Origin: Macrostomum lignano
Taxonomy: Eukaryota
Assembly: GCA_002269645.1 (NCBI GenBank)
Contig: NIVC01002089.1
Span: 141,577-205,576, forward strand
Direction of reading: 5' to 3'
Length of the DNA: 64,000 nt
Part shown: piece by piece, positions 50,560 to 64,000 of the stretch
Layout: every line of letters starts with the position of its first letter
Position numbering within the stretch: the stretch's first letter is position 1
Made by a program: the position numbers and the translations under genes
Notes under the pieces: model-generated
The model's database searches: none
What the model was told of the DNA's origin: nothing
Seen by the model: the letters and a program-made list of their open reading frames with translations, nothing else

Positions 50560-51460
50560 TTTACAGGCGAGCCCTGGCAGACGGTGGCGATCGATGTGCT
50601 GAAGGTGCCGACATCAGACCGAGGCAACAGCTACCTGCTGGTGATGCAGGACCAGTTCTCCAAGTTCCTGACCGCCGTGCCGATGCCAGCTCAGACCGCC
50701 AATACGATCGCGGACTCCCTGCTCGGAGTCCCGTCCGTCATCCACTCGGACCAGGGCGCGAACTTCGAGAGCGAGCTGTTCCAGGAGACGCTCAAAGCAC
50801 TGGGCATCAGGAAGATCCGCAGGGAAATGGACTGGTGGAGCGCGGCAACAAGTCGCTGCTTCAGCTGCTGAGGCTGTTCGCCGAGACCGAGTTTAGCTGT
50901 GAGGAGCAGCTGCCGCTGGTGGTCCTGTCCTACAACTCCAGCTGGGTCCACAGCTCAACCAAGGCTCTTGCCGCGGGTGCAGAGCAGCGAGCGGCAGTTC
51001 GACATCGGCACCTACTCGGCACTGCTGGAGCGGCGGCTGGCCCGGATCCGCGAGTTCGTCGAGGAGAACCTGCAGCTGGTAGTCGCCGGGCAGCAGCAGA
51101 AGGCGGCTCACGAGAAGAAGGCGGCGGACCTGCCGCAGTTCCCACAAGGCGCCGAGGTGCTGCTTAACATCGAGATGCAGCGCTCGAAGTTGGCGCCCAA
51201 CTGGAAGCCGGGCTAGACGGTGCTTGAGCAGCGCGGTCACTGGGTGTGCATCCGCCGCGCCTTCGGCAGCCGGCCGGTCCGTTGGGTGAACGTGAACCGG
51301 CTGCGCAGGCGGTTTGAAGCCCAGCCCGACTCTGACCAGCTCCGCCAGCAGCCGGTGACCCACCAGGTTGCGCCGGAAACCAGACAGACCGAGCAGCGGC
51401 ACCCGGCCAGGCAGCGGCGGCCTCCGGACTTCTTTGGCGTGAGGACTGTGTGAGAGATGC
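50560..51460 (+). mobile_element. Second Ty3/Gypsy integrase fragment (different lineage), degenerate
   Basis: PWQTVAIDVL..YLLVMQDQFSKF..IHSDQGANFES..GNGLVERGNKSL..KLAPNWKPG, with small deletions, frameshifts and a stop. Confidence 0.8.
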
Positions 51461-51874
51461 ATTCAGATAAATCCCGGAGTCAAACTTGTATGTCTATGGT
51501 TGAAGTTGGGGATGGGGGTGTGGGGGTGAAGCCCCTGCTGGGGGTGTGGGGGCGAAGCCCCACATTCTTACCATAGACAAAATTTCATTAAGAAATTTCT
51601 CGAGTCACGAAGCAAGAGAAGAGAGAAGCTCGCTTATTTAGATACATACAATAATCCTTGCAATATGTCCGGGAAAGTGATCGATTAAATCCCGCAAAAT
51701 AAAATCTATGTCAATAACCTCCCTGAAAGTGAGCTTTAAAATGGTTTAAGTAGGAATGTACATCTCACTTTATATGTACCGATGCTTGATGCCAATAAAT
51801 ATATCGTTCACTGCCCGCGGGCTTTCGTGTTTTTGATTTCACACTGCTAAATACCCCATGTCACACAAAGGCAT

Positions 51875-52640
51875 ACAGCCTGTTACAGAGGACTGCTGCC
51901 TGATGCATTGTACACAGAGGCCTACAGCCTGTTATACACAGAGGTCTACAGTCTGTTACACAGAGGCCTACAGCCTGTTATACACAAAGGTCTACAGTCT
52001 GTTACACAGAGGTCTACAGTCTGTTACACAGAGGTCTACAGTCTGTTACACAGAGGTCTACAGTCCGTTACACAGAGGCCTACAGTCTGTTACACAGAGG
52101 TCTACAGTCTGTTACACAGAGGTCTACAGTCTGTTACACAGAGGTCTACAGCCTGTTACACAGAGGCCTACAGTCTGTTACACAGAGGTCTACAGCCTGT
52201 TACACAGAGGCCTACAGTCTGTTACACAGAGGTCTACAGTCTGTTACACAGAGGCCTACAGTCTGTTGCACAGAGGTCTACAGCCTGTTACACAGAGGCC
52301 TACAGTCTGTTACACAGAGGTCTACAGTCTGTTACACAGAGGTCTACAGCCTGTTACACAGAGGCCTACAGTCTGTTACACAGAGGTCTACAGTCTGTTA
52401 CACAGAGGCCTACAGTCTGTTACACAGAGGTCTACAGCCTGTTACACAGAGGTCTACAGTCTGTTACACAGAGGTCTACAGCCTGTTACACAGAGGTCTA
52501 CAGTCTGTTACACAGAGGTCTACAGTCTGTTACACAGAGGTCTACAGCCTGTTACACAGAGGTCTACAGTCTGTTACACAGAGGTCTACAGTCTGTTACA
52601 CAGAGGCCTACAGTCTGTTACACAGAGGTCTACAGCCTTA
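51875..52640. repeat. 22-bp minisatellite (TGTTACACAGAGGTCTACAGTC), right block
   Basis: About 34 copies. Confidence 0.95.
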
Positions 52641-53404
52641 ATAAAGCAGAACTCAGAAGCCAGCCGAGTTGTCAAAATTTTTGATCGCATTAGGAGGCGA
52701 AGCATTTTGTCCACAAATTAGCTACTGTAGTGAGACACACCTGTCAAATATTCGTATATTTTGCTAATCATATCAAATTCAGCACTCGGGCATTACAATG
52801 ACACAGACAGACAGACAAACAAAAACACGGAAATCAAAGAGAAGCGTAACAGATGAAAAGAACGCCTTTAGCTTTTGTTTCTTTGTCGAGAAGTTTTTTC
52901 AAACAATTAATTTATGAGTTTTACGCAAAAGCAAACAGAAGTTTCGCGCCAGAGATTATGAAAACAATTTACACAAGAAAATCTTACAAGCTACTACTGT
53001 TAAAACATCGTATGAACCAAGACAAGAGACACGAAAGCAACAAGACTTCAGTGTTAAATAATAAGGGTAACTTTTTGAACATAAAAATATTCAGAATTAA
53101 AATAATGAGTCACCGAATGCCACTGTGTCTCAGGCCGAACTTCTCATGGCCTCAATCAAAATCTTTCTGAATAAATTCAATATTTTTTGACGAAGCGGTG
53201 CTACTAGATAAAGTTTTGCAGATAGTCTGACAGGAGACACAAAGTTGCTCATCATTGATGATAACAGCTTTTTAATGTTTTTTAATAATTTATTTATTAC
53301 AAATTTGAGAAATGCAAACAAGAAAGTCCTCTTTGACATTTAAGCATTTCGCCTGTATACAGGACGAGCCAATGTTATTGCCATGGGCGTCACTGGGCCT
53401 ACCG

Positions 53405-54060
53405 GTCATAAGGGTCATTAGTCCCAAATAGTCATAAGGGTCATTAGTCCCAAATAGTCATAAGGGTCATTAGTCCCAACCAGTCATAAGGGTCATTAGT
53501 CCAAACCAGTCATAAGGGTCATTAGTCCAAACCCGTCATAAGGGTCATTAGTCCAAACCAGTCATTAGGGTCATTAGTCCCAACCAGTCATAAGGGTCAT
53601 TAGTCCCAACCAGTCATTAGGGTCATTAGTCCAAACCCGTCATAACGGCCATTAGTCCCAACCAGTCATTAGGGTCATTAGTCCAAACCCGTCATAACGG
53701 TCATTAGTCCCAACCAGTAATCATAAGGGTCATTAGTCCCAACCAGTAATCATACCGGTCATTAGTCCCAACCAGTAATCATAACGGTCATTAGTCCCAA
53801 CCAGTAATCATAACGGTCATTAGTCCCAACCAGTAATCATAACGGTCATTAGTCCCAACCAGTAATCATAACGGTCATTAGTCCCAACCAGTAATCATAA
53901 CGGTCATTAGTCCCAACCAGTAATCATAACGGTCATTAGTCCCAACCAGTAATCATAACGGTCATTAGTCCAACCAGTAATCATAACGGTCATTAGTCCC
54001 AACCAGTCATCATAAGGGTCATTAGTCCCAAGCAGTCATTAGGGTCATTAGTCCCGACCA
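53405..54060. repeat. 25-28-bp minisatellite (GGTCATTAGTCCCAACCAGTCATAA / ...CAGTAATCATAAC)
   Basis: About 25 copies. The unit lengthens from 25 to 28 bp along the array. Confidence 0.9.
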
Positions 54061-54433
54061 ATCTTAAAGGTCATTAATCACAACCGGTCATATGGTTGAG
54101 ATTAATGACCCTAATTTGGCCCAATAATTAAGTTACTATTTTGAGTGCTCACACGCAGGCAATCACGAACAATAACAACTGTCAATATTAATATATAAAA
54201 GACCAAACGGGTTTAGTCAGAACCAGAACAACAGTTATCGTCACTCAACTGACAAGTTATAATAATATATAGTTGACAAATAACACTGACTGGCAGTCCT
54301 TCCCACTATTGTTATTTACCTTCTCTCTGTCTCTATAAATTTTTCTGAAAATCTAGCAGATTTATTGAAAGAAAACAATATTTATCAGCAATGAGATGCT
54401 GTCTTGCTACTAGCAGTAGTGCAGCAAGGGGCG

Positions 54434-57400
54434 TCACTGGGACAGAATCGCTACGCAGTCCTTCACGCTGTGGTAGATCATGTTCTTCACCTGCAGCTTG
54501 TCCTCGTGGTTGGAGTGCGCCGACGACAGCTGGCGGAACTCTCTCGTGAGCTGAAGGCACTGCTTGATGTTCTCCGGGCTGACAAAGTCTGTGGCCACTT
54601 TGATGCAGCTGTGCAGGTTCCTCACCTGGGGGAGGTTGGGGGGGGGTTGGTGGCTTAAGTGGGATTGGCAGCATAGCGGCTGGAATAGGGCAGGCAGGGA
54701 CAGAACATCACACAGCATAGCACACAGCACAGCACACAGAACAGCACACAGAACAGCACACAGCACAGAACAGCACAGCACACAGAACAGCACACAGCAC
54801 AGCACACAGAACAGCACACAGCACAGCACACAGCACAGAACAGCACAGCACACAGAACAGCACACAGCACAGCACACAGAACAGCACAGAACAGCACAGC
54901 ACACAGAACAGCACACAGCACAGCACACAGAACAGCACAGCACACAGAACAGCACAGCACACAGAACAGCACACAGCACAGCACACAGAACAGCACACAG
55001 AACAGCACAGAACAGCACAGCACACAGAACAGCACACAGCACAGCACACAGAACAGCACAGAACAGCACAGCACACAGAACAGCACACAGAACAGCACAG
55101 AACAGCACACAGCACAGAACAGCAGCGCCCATCCCTAACCTGGTGCGGTGCCCCAGCCGGGATGAAGATGGCGTCCCCCAGGAACTGCACAATGGTGAAC
55201 GGCCGGACTCCGTGCTCCTCGCGCAGCTGTTCGAGCAGACTCGAGCTCAGGTACGCCAGCTGGTCGTGGATCGGGTCGCTGTCCGGGTCCAGCCGCTCGC
55301 CCCGCTCGGCCAGCACGCGGTGCAGGAACCGGCGGATCGCTGGCGCGTCACTCGGGCTGAAGATCTGCCACAGGGCGCCGGGGACGCGGCGGTCCACCGT
55401 CACTGAGCGGAGAACCTGCGGCGGGTGATGGAGGTAGGGAGGGTCAGTGGGATAACAGAGAGAGGGTGGAGGATAAAAAGAGGGCAAAGTGAGGGTTGAG
55501 TGTAGTTAGACTAGAGTGAGAGTATAGAAGGGGTAGAAAGAGGGTCGAGTGAGGGTAGAGTGAGAGTAGAGAGGGAGAAGAAAGAGGGTAGAGTGAGGGT
55601 AGAGAGGGTAGAGTGACAGTAGAAAGAGGGTAGAGTGAGGGTAGAGTGAGAGTAGAGAGAGGGTAGAGTGAGGGTAGACAGAGGGTAGAGTGAGAGTAGA
55701 CAGAGGGTAGAGTGAGAGTAGACTGAGGGTAGAGTGAGAGTAGACTGAGGGTAGAGTGAGGGTAGACGGAGGGTAGGGTTAGAGTAGAGAGGGGGAGTAG
55801 AAAGAGGGTAGAGTGGTAGAGTGAGGGTTACGTAGACAGAAAATAGAGTGACGGTAGAGGGTAGAGAGGGTAGACAGAGGGTAGAGTGAAGTTAGGGGGT
55901 AGGTAGGTGACGGTATTTGCATGCAGAAGACAGTGGCAGGAGACGGGGGGTACACAGCAGAGTTGGTTAACTAGAATTTTTCAGGTATTGGAGCATTCTT
56001 TATATTTCAGTAAGCAAGGCGCAAAAATTAATAACTATATTTTCTATTATCTAAACAAATTCATTAAAGTGCTGTCGAGAATAGTCATGAATATTTAATC
56101 CCAAAACATCCGCATAGCACTACTCACAATGGGTAAACAATAAGTAGTATGAAGATCCGATAAAAACCAACCTGCGGATCAACTTTCGCCCGCTCCAAGG
56201 CGGCATAGACGGCCGCCTTCTGCTGTTCCACGGCGTCTTCGGGCACGCCGACGTACACCAGCAGGTTCACGGCGTCGGCGATGTCCAGGTGGAGGTTTGT
56301 GGTGCCGGTGGCGTCGCAGCGGGCCATGCCGTAGGCGTTGTACATTTTCGGGCCGAGGTCAGGCTGGACAAAGAAGGCCGGCAGCCTGGTGGCCAGGTTC
56401 AGCCGGCCGTCGCGCCTGCTGTACTCTGGCAGCGGCAGGGCGCGCTGAAAATCCTCATAGCGGTCTGGCAGGATCTGCGCGGACATTGCGTTGAACTCTG
56501 CTTTATTTTGTATTGATCGATACATATCGGCTGTTGTTCTACGGTAGAGTTGTGGGGCTGCTCTGGGTGAATAGGACTGGGGTTTGGCGGTTCTAAGAAC
56601 TAGTTTCTGGTGTCCTTGGTCTCAGGGCCCTGGGTTCTTAGGTTTCAATGATCTAGGGTTCTTGGGTCCTGCTTTCTGGGGTCCTTGTTTCCGGAGTTCT
56701 GGGATCCTTGTTTCCGGAGTTCTGGGTCCTGGGTTCTGGGTCCTGGATTCTTGGTCCTGGGTTCTGGGGTCCTGGGTTCTAGGGTCCTGGGTTCTGGGTC
56801 CTGGGTTCTAGGGTCCTGGTTCTATGGTCCTGGGCTCTAGGGTCCTGAGTTCTGGGGTCCTGGGTTCTGGGGTCCAGGGTTCTAGGGTCCTGGTTCTGGG
56901 GTCCTGGGTTCTGGGGTCCAGGGTTCTAGGGTCCTGGGTTCTAGGGTCCTGGGTTTTAGGGTCCTGGGCTCTGCTGGGTTCTGGGGTCCTGGGCTCTGGG
57001 GTCCTGAGTTCTGGGGTCCTGGGTTCTGGGGTCCAGGGTTCTAGGGTCCTGGGTTCTGGGGTCCAGGGTTCTAGGGTCCTGGGTTCTGGGGTCCTGGGTT
57101 CTAGGTCCTGGGTTTTAGGGTCTTGGGCTCTGTTGGGTTCTGGGGTCCTGGGCTCTGGGGTCCTGAGTTCTGGGGTCCTGGGTTCTAGGGTCCTGGGTTT
57201 TAGGGTCCTGGGCTCTGCTGGGTTCTGGGGTCCTGGGCTCTGGGGTCCTGAGTTCTGGGTCCTGGGTTCTTGGGGTTCTGGGTCCTGGAAATATGATTCC
57301 TTAATGAATACAACAGTCAGTCTGTTAATATCTTGTGCGAAAAATCGTCAAAAAATAACAACGCGCTACTTTCTACTAACCAACTCTCCTATTAAGTAGA

Positions 57401-59559
57401 ATAGAAAGCAACTGCAATCAAGCCAAGAGATTTAAACCCATGAAATTCTGCGATTCTATGAAAATCGGATTCGATTTGAAACGCGACACGGCGACAGCTG
57501 CGAAGGCCAGAGCGAAATTCGAAAGCATCGAATGCAAGACTCCCGGGATCAATTGAGAGGGCGGAAAGGGGGGAAGGAGGGAAGAGGGCGGATGGGAGAG
57601 GAAGTAGGCGAAAGCTGTGTAGCAGAGATGAGGAAAATTACTGCATTTGGAGCCTGAGCATGCTGCTGCTTCTGCTTTTTTTGCTGCTACAAGACCCAAA
57701 TATTTTTCAGATGAGGCACCGCCTGAAGACAGGATGCAGCAATGCTTCAATTATTCGGAGGATACATCGAGTCTGCACTGCCACAGCCTGTCCCATATAT
57801 TCATGTAATCCCCACATTATCATAATGGGAAATCCTTAGATACTAATGCAATTAATGAGAAACACGAGATTCCACAAAACAGGAGAAATCCCAGATCCCC
57901 TGCAACAGAAATCCCAGATCCCTAAATCATCCCAGATCCCAAAAATATCCCAGATCCGAAAATGATCCCAGATCCGAAAATGATCCCAGATCCCAAAAAT
58001 GATCCCAGATCCCAAAAATGATCCCAGATACGAAAATGATCCCAGATCCCAAAATAATCCCAGATCCGAAAATGATCCCAGATCCGAAAATGATCCCAGA
58101 TTCTAAAAATGATCCCAGATCCGAAAATGATCCCAGATCCCAAAATTATACTAGATCCAAAAATGATCCCAGATCCCAAAAATAATCCCAGATCCGAAAA
58201 TGATCCCAGATCCCAAAAATAATCCCAGATCCGAAAATGATCCCAGATCCAAAAATGATCCCAGATCCGAAAATGATCCCCAGATCCCAAACTGATCTAG
58301 AAATCCTAAATCCCCAGTCCGAACCTGCTGAAAGTCGTCCGCGGGCGGCCAGTCCTTCAGCTTCAGGTTCAGCGGCTCCCCAGTTGCCGAGTCCTTCAGC
58401 CGCTTCTTGATGCTCTCGAAGCCGTCCCAGAAGAACTTCATGGATTCGGGGCAGCTCTGCGCCGGCCTGGCAGTTCACCACGTTGGCCCGGCAGCTGCCG
58501 AACTGCCGGCTGAAGGTGCGCGGATGCCACAGCGACGAGTTGACAAAGCGGTCGCAGCCGCTGACCACTACGGGGAGGCCGCGGCGCCACTGGCGCTGGA
58601 AGCTGGCCAGGTTGCCCGGGTGCTGCGGCTCACGCAGGCGGAGAAGCAGTGGAAGCGACTGGTCGGCCGACGCCGAAGATGGCTCCGCTGTCCGGCCGGT
58701 CTCGTCCAGCCATTCAAGCGGCGGCGGCGGCTGGTGCGGAGTCGCCGAGACGGAGGAGGTGACGGCGGCGTTCCTGTCGGGATCCAGGCGGGTCAGCTCG
58801 TTGGTGAGCTTTGTCAGCGCGTCCGTAGGCACGGCGATGCAGGTGAGCACCATGCGCTCCGGGTCGTGCGGCTGGCGGTTGGCGGTGCAACAGCTGGCGG
58901 CCGCGGCGGCGGCTGCGGCTGCGGCAGCGGCGGCGGCCGAAGAGGCGGCCGAGGCGCTGCTGGAGCCGTCGGCTGAAGCGGCAGCGGCGGCGGCAGCGGC
59001 GGCGGCGCTCATGAGCTGCTTGAGTCGGGTGGCCGGCGGCGGGGCCGAAGCAGCGCCATCGTGCTGGGGATGCTCGGAGGCCGAGGATGAAGAACTGGTC
59101 GAGCCGGATGCGGCCGGGCCGCCGAAACGCCTGCCGGCGGCGCAGTCGGTGCAGATGACGAAGCCGCACTTCAGGCAGCTGTAGTGGGCGTTGAACAGCG
59201 CAGTCTCGCACTGGTCGCAGATTTCGCGCACCCCAGAGACCGGCCGCTTCCACTGCAGCGGCTGCGGCGGCTGGTGGCGCTGCTGCTGCGGCTCGTCCGT
59301 CTTTGGCGAGCCGCCGCCGCCTGCGGATTTCGCCGCGGGCGGGCCGCCGCCTCGTTTTCTAAGAATCTGCTTCTCGTTGCCAGCCAGGTCTTCGAAGCTG
59401 TCGGCCACGAAGCCAAGAATGTAGCGGGCGGTCGGCCGGTCCAGGAGCGGCGTCAGCAGCGGCAGCTGCGGCAGCCACAGCGCCAAGTCTTCGGCTTCGG
59501 CGTCCGCGATGTCGCAGAAGCCGGCGGCGGTCACAGCGCCTTTCTTGTTGTAGCGGAGC
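54434..59559 (-). CDS. KDM3: KDM3/JMJD1-like JmjC lysine demethylase, 3' part. Exons 59559-58325 (apparent frameshift near 58442), 56474-56172, 55415-55140, 54625-54434. 5' exons not found in the window.
   Basis: [29 protein letters not shown] Zn finger, [50 protein letters not shown] (HxD), [10 protein letters not shown] (distal His), [18 protein letters not shown]. All visible splice sites are GT-AG with compatible phases. Confidence 0.92.
54700..55122. repeat. (CACAG/CAGAA)n array, KDM3 intron
   Basis: Directly visible. Confidence 0.9.
55490..55900. repeat. GAGGGTAGAGT-type purine array, KDM3 intron
   Basis: Directly visible. Confidence 0.85.
56700..57290. repeat. ~15-bp (CTGGGTTCTGGGGTC)n array, KDM3 intron
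   Basis: Directly visible. Confidence 0.9.
57885..58300. repeat. 18-19-bp (CCCAGATCCGAAAATGAT)n array, KDM3 intron
   Basis: Directly visible. Confidence 0.9.
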
Positions 59560-59569
59560 CTGCGGAGAA

Positions 59570-60655
59570 AGAGATGCAGGGAGAGATGCAGTAAGAGAGA
59601 TGCAGGGAGAGAGATGCAGTGAGAGAGATGCAGGGAAAGAGTTGCAAGATAGAGATACAGGGAGAGACCCAGGGAAAGAGTTGCAGGAAGAGATGCAAAG
59701 AGAGAGTTGCAGGGAGTGACAGGGAGAGAGACGCAGGGAGATACACGCAGGGAAAGAGTTGCAGGGACATAAATGCAGGGAAAGAGTTGCAGGGAGAGAC
59801 ACAGGGAGAGAGACGCAGGGAAAGAGTTGCAGGGAGAGATGTAAAGAGAGAGTTGCAGGGAGAGACACAGGGAGAGAGACGCAGGGAGAGAGAGACGCAG
59901 AGAAAGAGTTGCAGGGACATAAATGCAGGGAAAGATTTGCAGGGAGAGACACAGGGAGATAGATGCAGGGAAAGAGTTGCAGGGACATAAATGCAGGGAG
60001 AGTTGCAGGGAGAGACACAGGGAGAGAGACGCAGGGAAGGAGTTGCAGGGACATAAATTCAGGGAAAGATTTGCAGGGAGAGACACAGGGAGAGAGATGC
60101 AGGGAAGGAGTTGCAGGGACATAAATGCAGGGAGAGTTGCAGGGAGAGACACAGGGAGAGAGATGCAGGGAAAGAGTTGCAGGGACATAAATGCAGGGAA
60201 AGATTTGCAGGGAGAGACACAGGGAGAGAGACGCAGGGAAAGAGTTGCAGGGACATAAATGCAGGGAGAGTTGCAGGGAGAGACACAGGGAGAGAGATGC
60301 AGGGAAAGAGTTGCAGGGACATAAATGCAGGGAGAGTTGCAGGGAGAGACACAGGGAGAGAGACGCAGGGAAAGAGTTGCAGGGACATAAATGCAGGGAA
60401 AGAGTTGCAGGGAGAGACACAGGGAGAGAGATGCAGGGAGAGACACAGGGAGAGAGACGCAGGGAAAGAGTTGCAGGGACATAAATGCAGGGAAAGAGTT
60501 GCAGGGAGAGACACAGGGAGAGAGATGCAGGGAAAGAGTTGCAGGGACATGAATGCAGGAAATAGTTGCAGGGAGAGACGCAGGGAAAGAGTTGCAGGAG
60601 AGACACAGGGAGAGAGATGCAGGGAAAGAGTTGCAGGGACATAGACGCACAGGAG
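59570..60655. repeat. Composite GCAGGGAAAGAGTT/GCAGGGAGAGACAC satellite, KDM3 intron
   Basis: Directly visible, with higher-order units. Confidence 0.9.
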
Positions 60656-61262
60656 ATGCAGACAGCAAGGCATTTCGATCACCTAGATTGAATGCACTCC
60701 CCGCTCGTACAATAACAGCAATACTACTAAGGCGAAGAATAACACAGTTAATAAATTCTGTCGAACAAATAAATTGCAAGCTCATCATGACAGAGTAACA
60801 AGCCAGCACTCTGCCCGTGCTGTGTGTGTCTGTATGTACCGGTATTAAGCGCCTACCAACCCCTGGAACAATGTAGTGAATGCAGTGAGAGAGCAAAGAC
60901 GCACTCAATCGCACGAACTGAATGCCAGGCAGGGCAAGTGTTATTTATTCTCCAGTCCCGTGCCGTCGCGCAGGCAGAATTAAATTCTGTATTTCCTGCA
61001 GTGCGCTGCTGCTTATTCTATTTTAGTGTTCCTGCTCTCCCACACTCTGCCGTGGGGTCTCCTCACAGTGCGTATGAGTGAGAGAGGCGGAGAGGGCAGA
61101 GTGAGACGGAGCCAGGCTGTTTTTCCGCGCCGACATAAAAGTACAAGAAACTGCAGAGCGAAGGAAACTCCGGAGCGATAAACAAGATAGACATTGTGCC
61201 CGCTTTGTAAATTATTAATTGTAGCTGCCCTGAGCAGCTTGCGAGAGTAGATATATGGATGG

Positions 61263-64000
<2,738 letters not shown>

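Overview
Animal genomic DNA with GC-rich exons, microsatellites and minisatellites in nearly every intron, and TE-rich intergenic DNA. The style resembles the flatworm Macrostomum, which is an inference only. The window has two compartments. (1) 1-15.5 kb is an AT-rich, CpG-stripped TE graveyard. It holds MULE and mariner transposase relics riddled with C>T/G>A changes, two copies of one hAT MITE (one decayed, one intact) and a CR1-group LINE whose RT-coding 1.36 kb is inverted between 7-bp inverted microhomologies. (2) 15.6-64 kb has four spliced genes: NOB1 (+, 3 exons), an LNX1/2-like RING/4xPDZ E3 ligase (+, 10 coding exons, 827 aa, two GC-AG introns), an uncharacterised ankyrin-repeat gene (+) and the 3' part of a KDM3/JMJD1-like JmjC demethylase (-, with an apparent frameshift). 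It also has a 4.6-kb Helitron-like element carrying a satellite array, a ~700-bp-arm foldback in an LNX intron, Gypsy integrase fragments and a terminal (GATA)n array of more than 2.7 kb. Best leads are the RIP-like C>T hypermutation signature extending beyond CpG in the left block, the precise LINE inversion, the intronic foldback, the Helitron-borne satellite and intron-private minisatellites.
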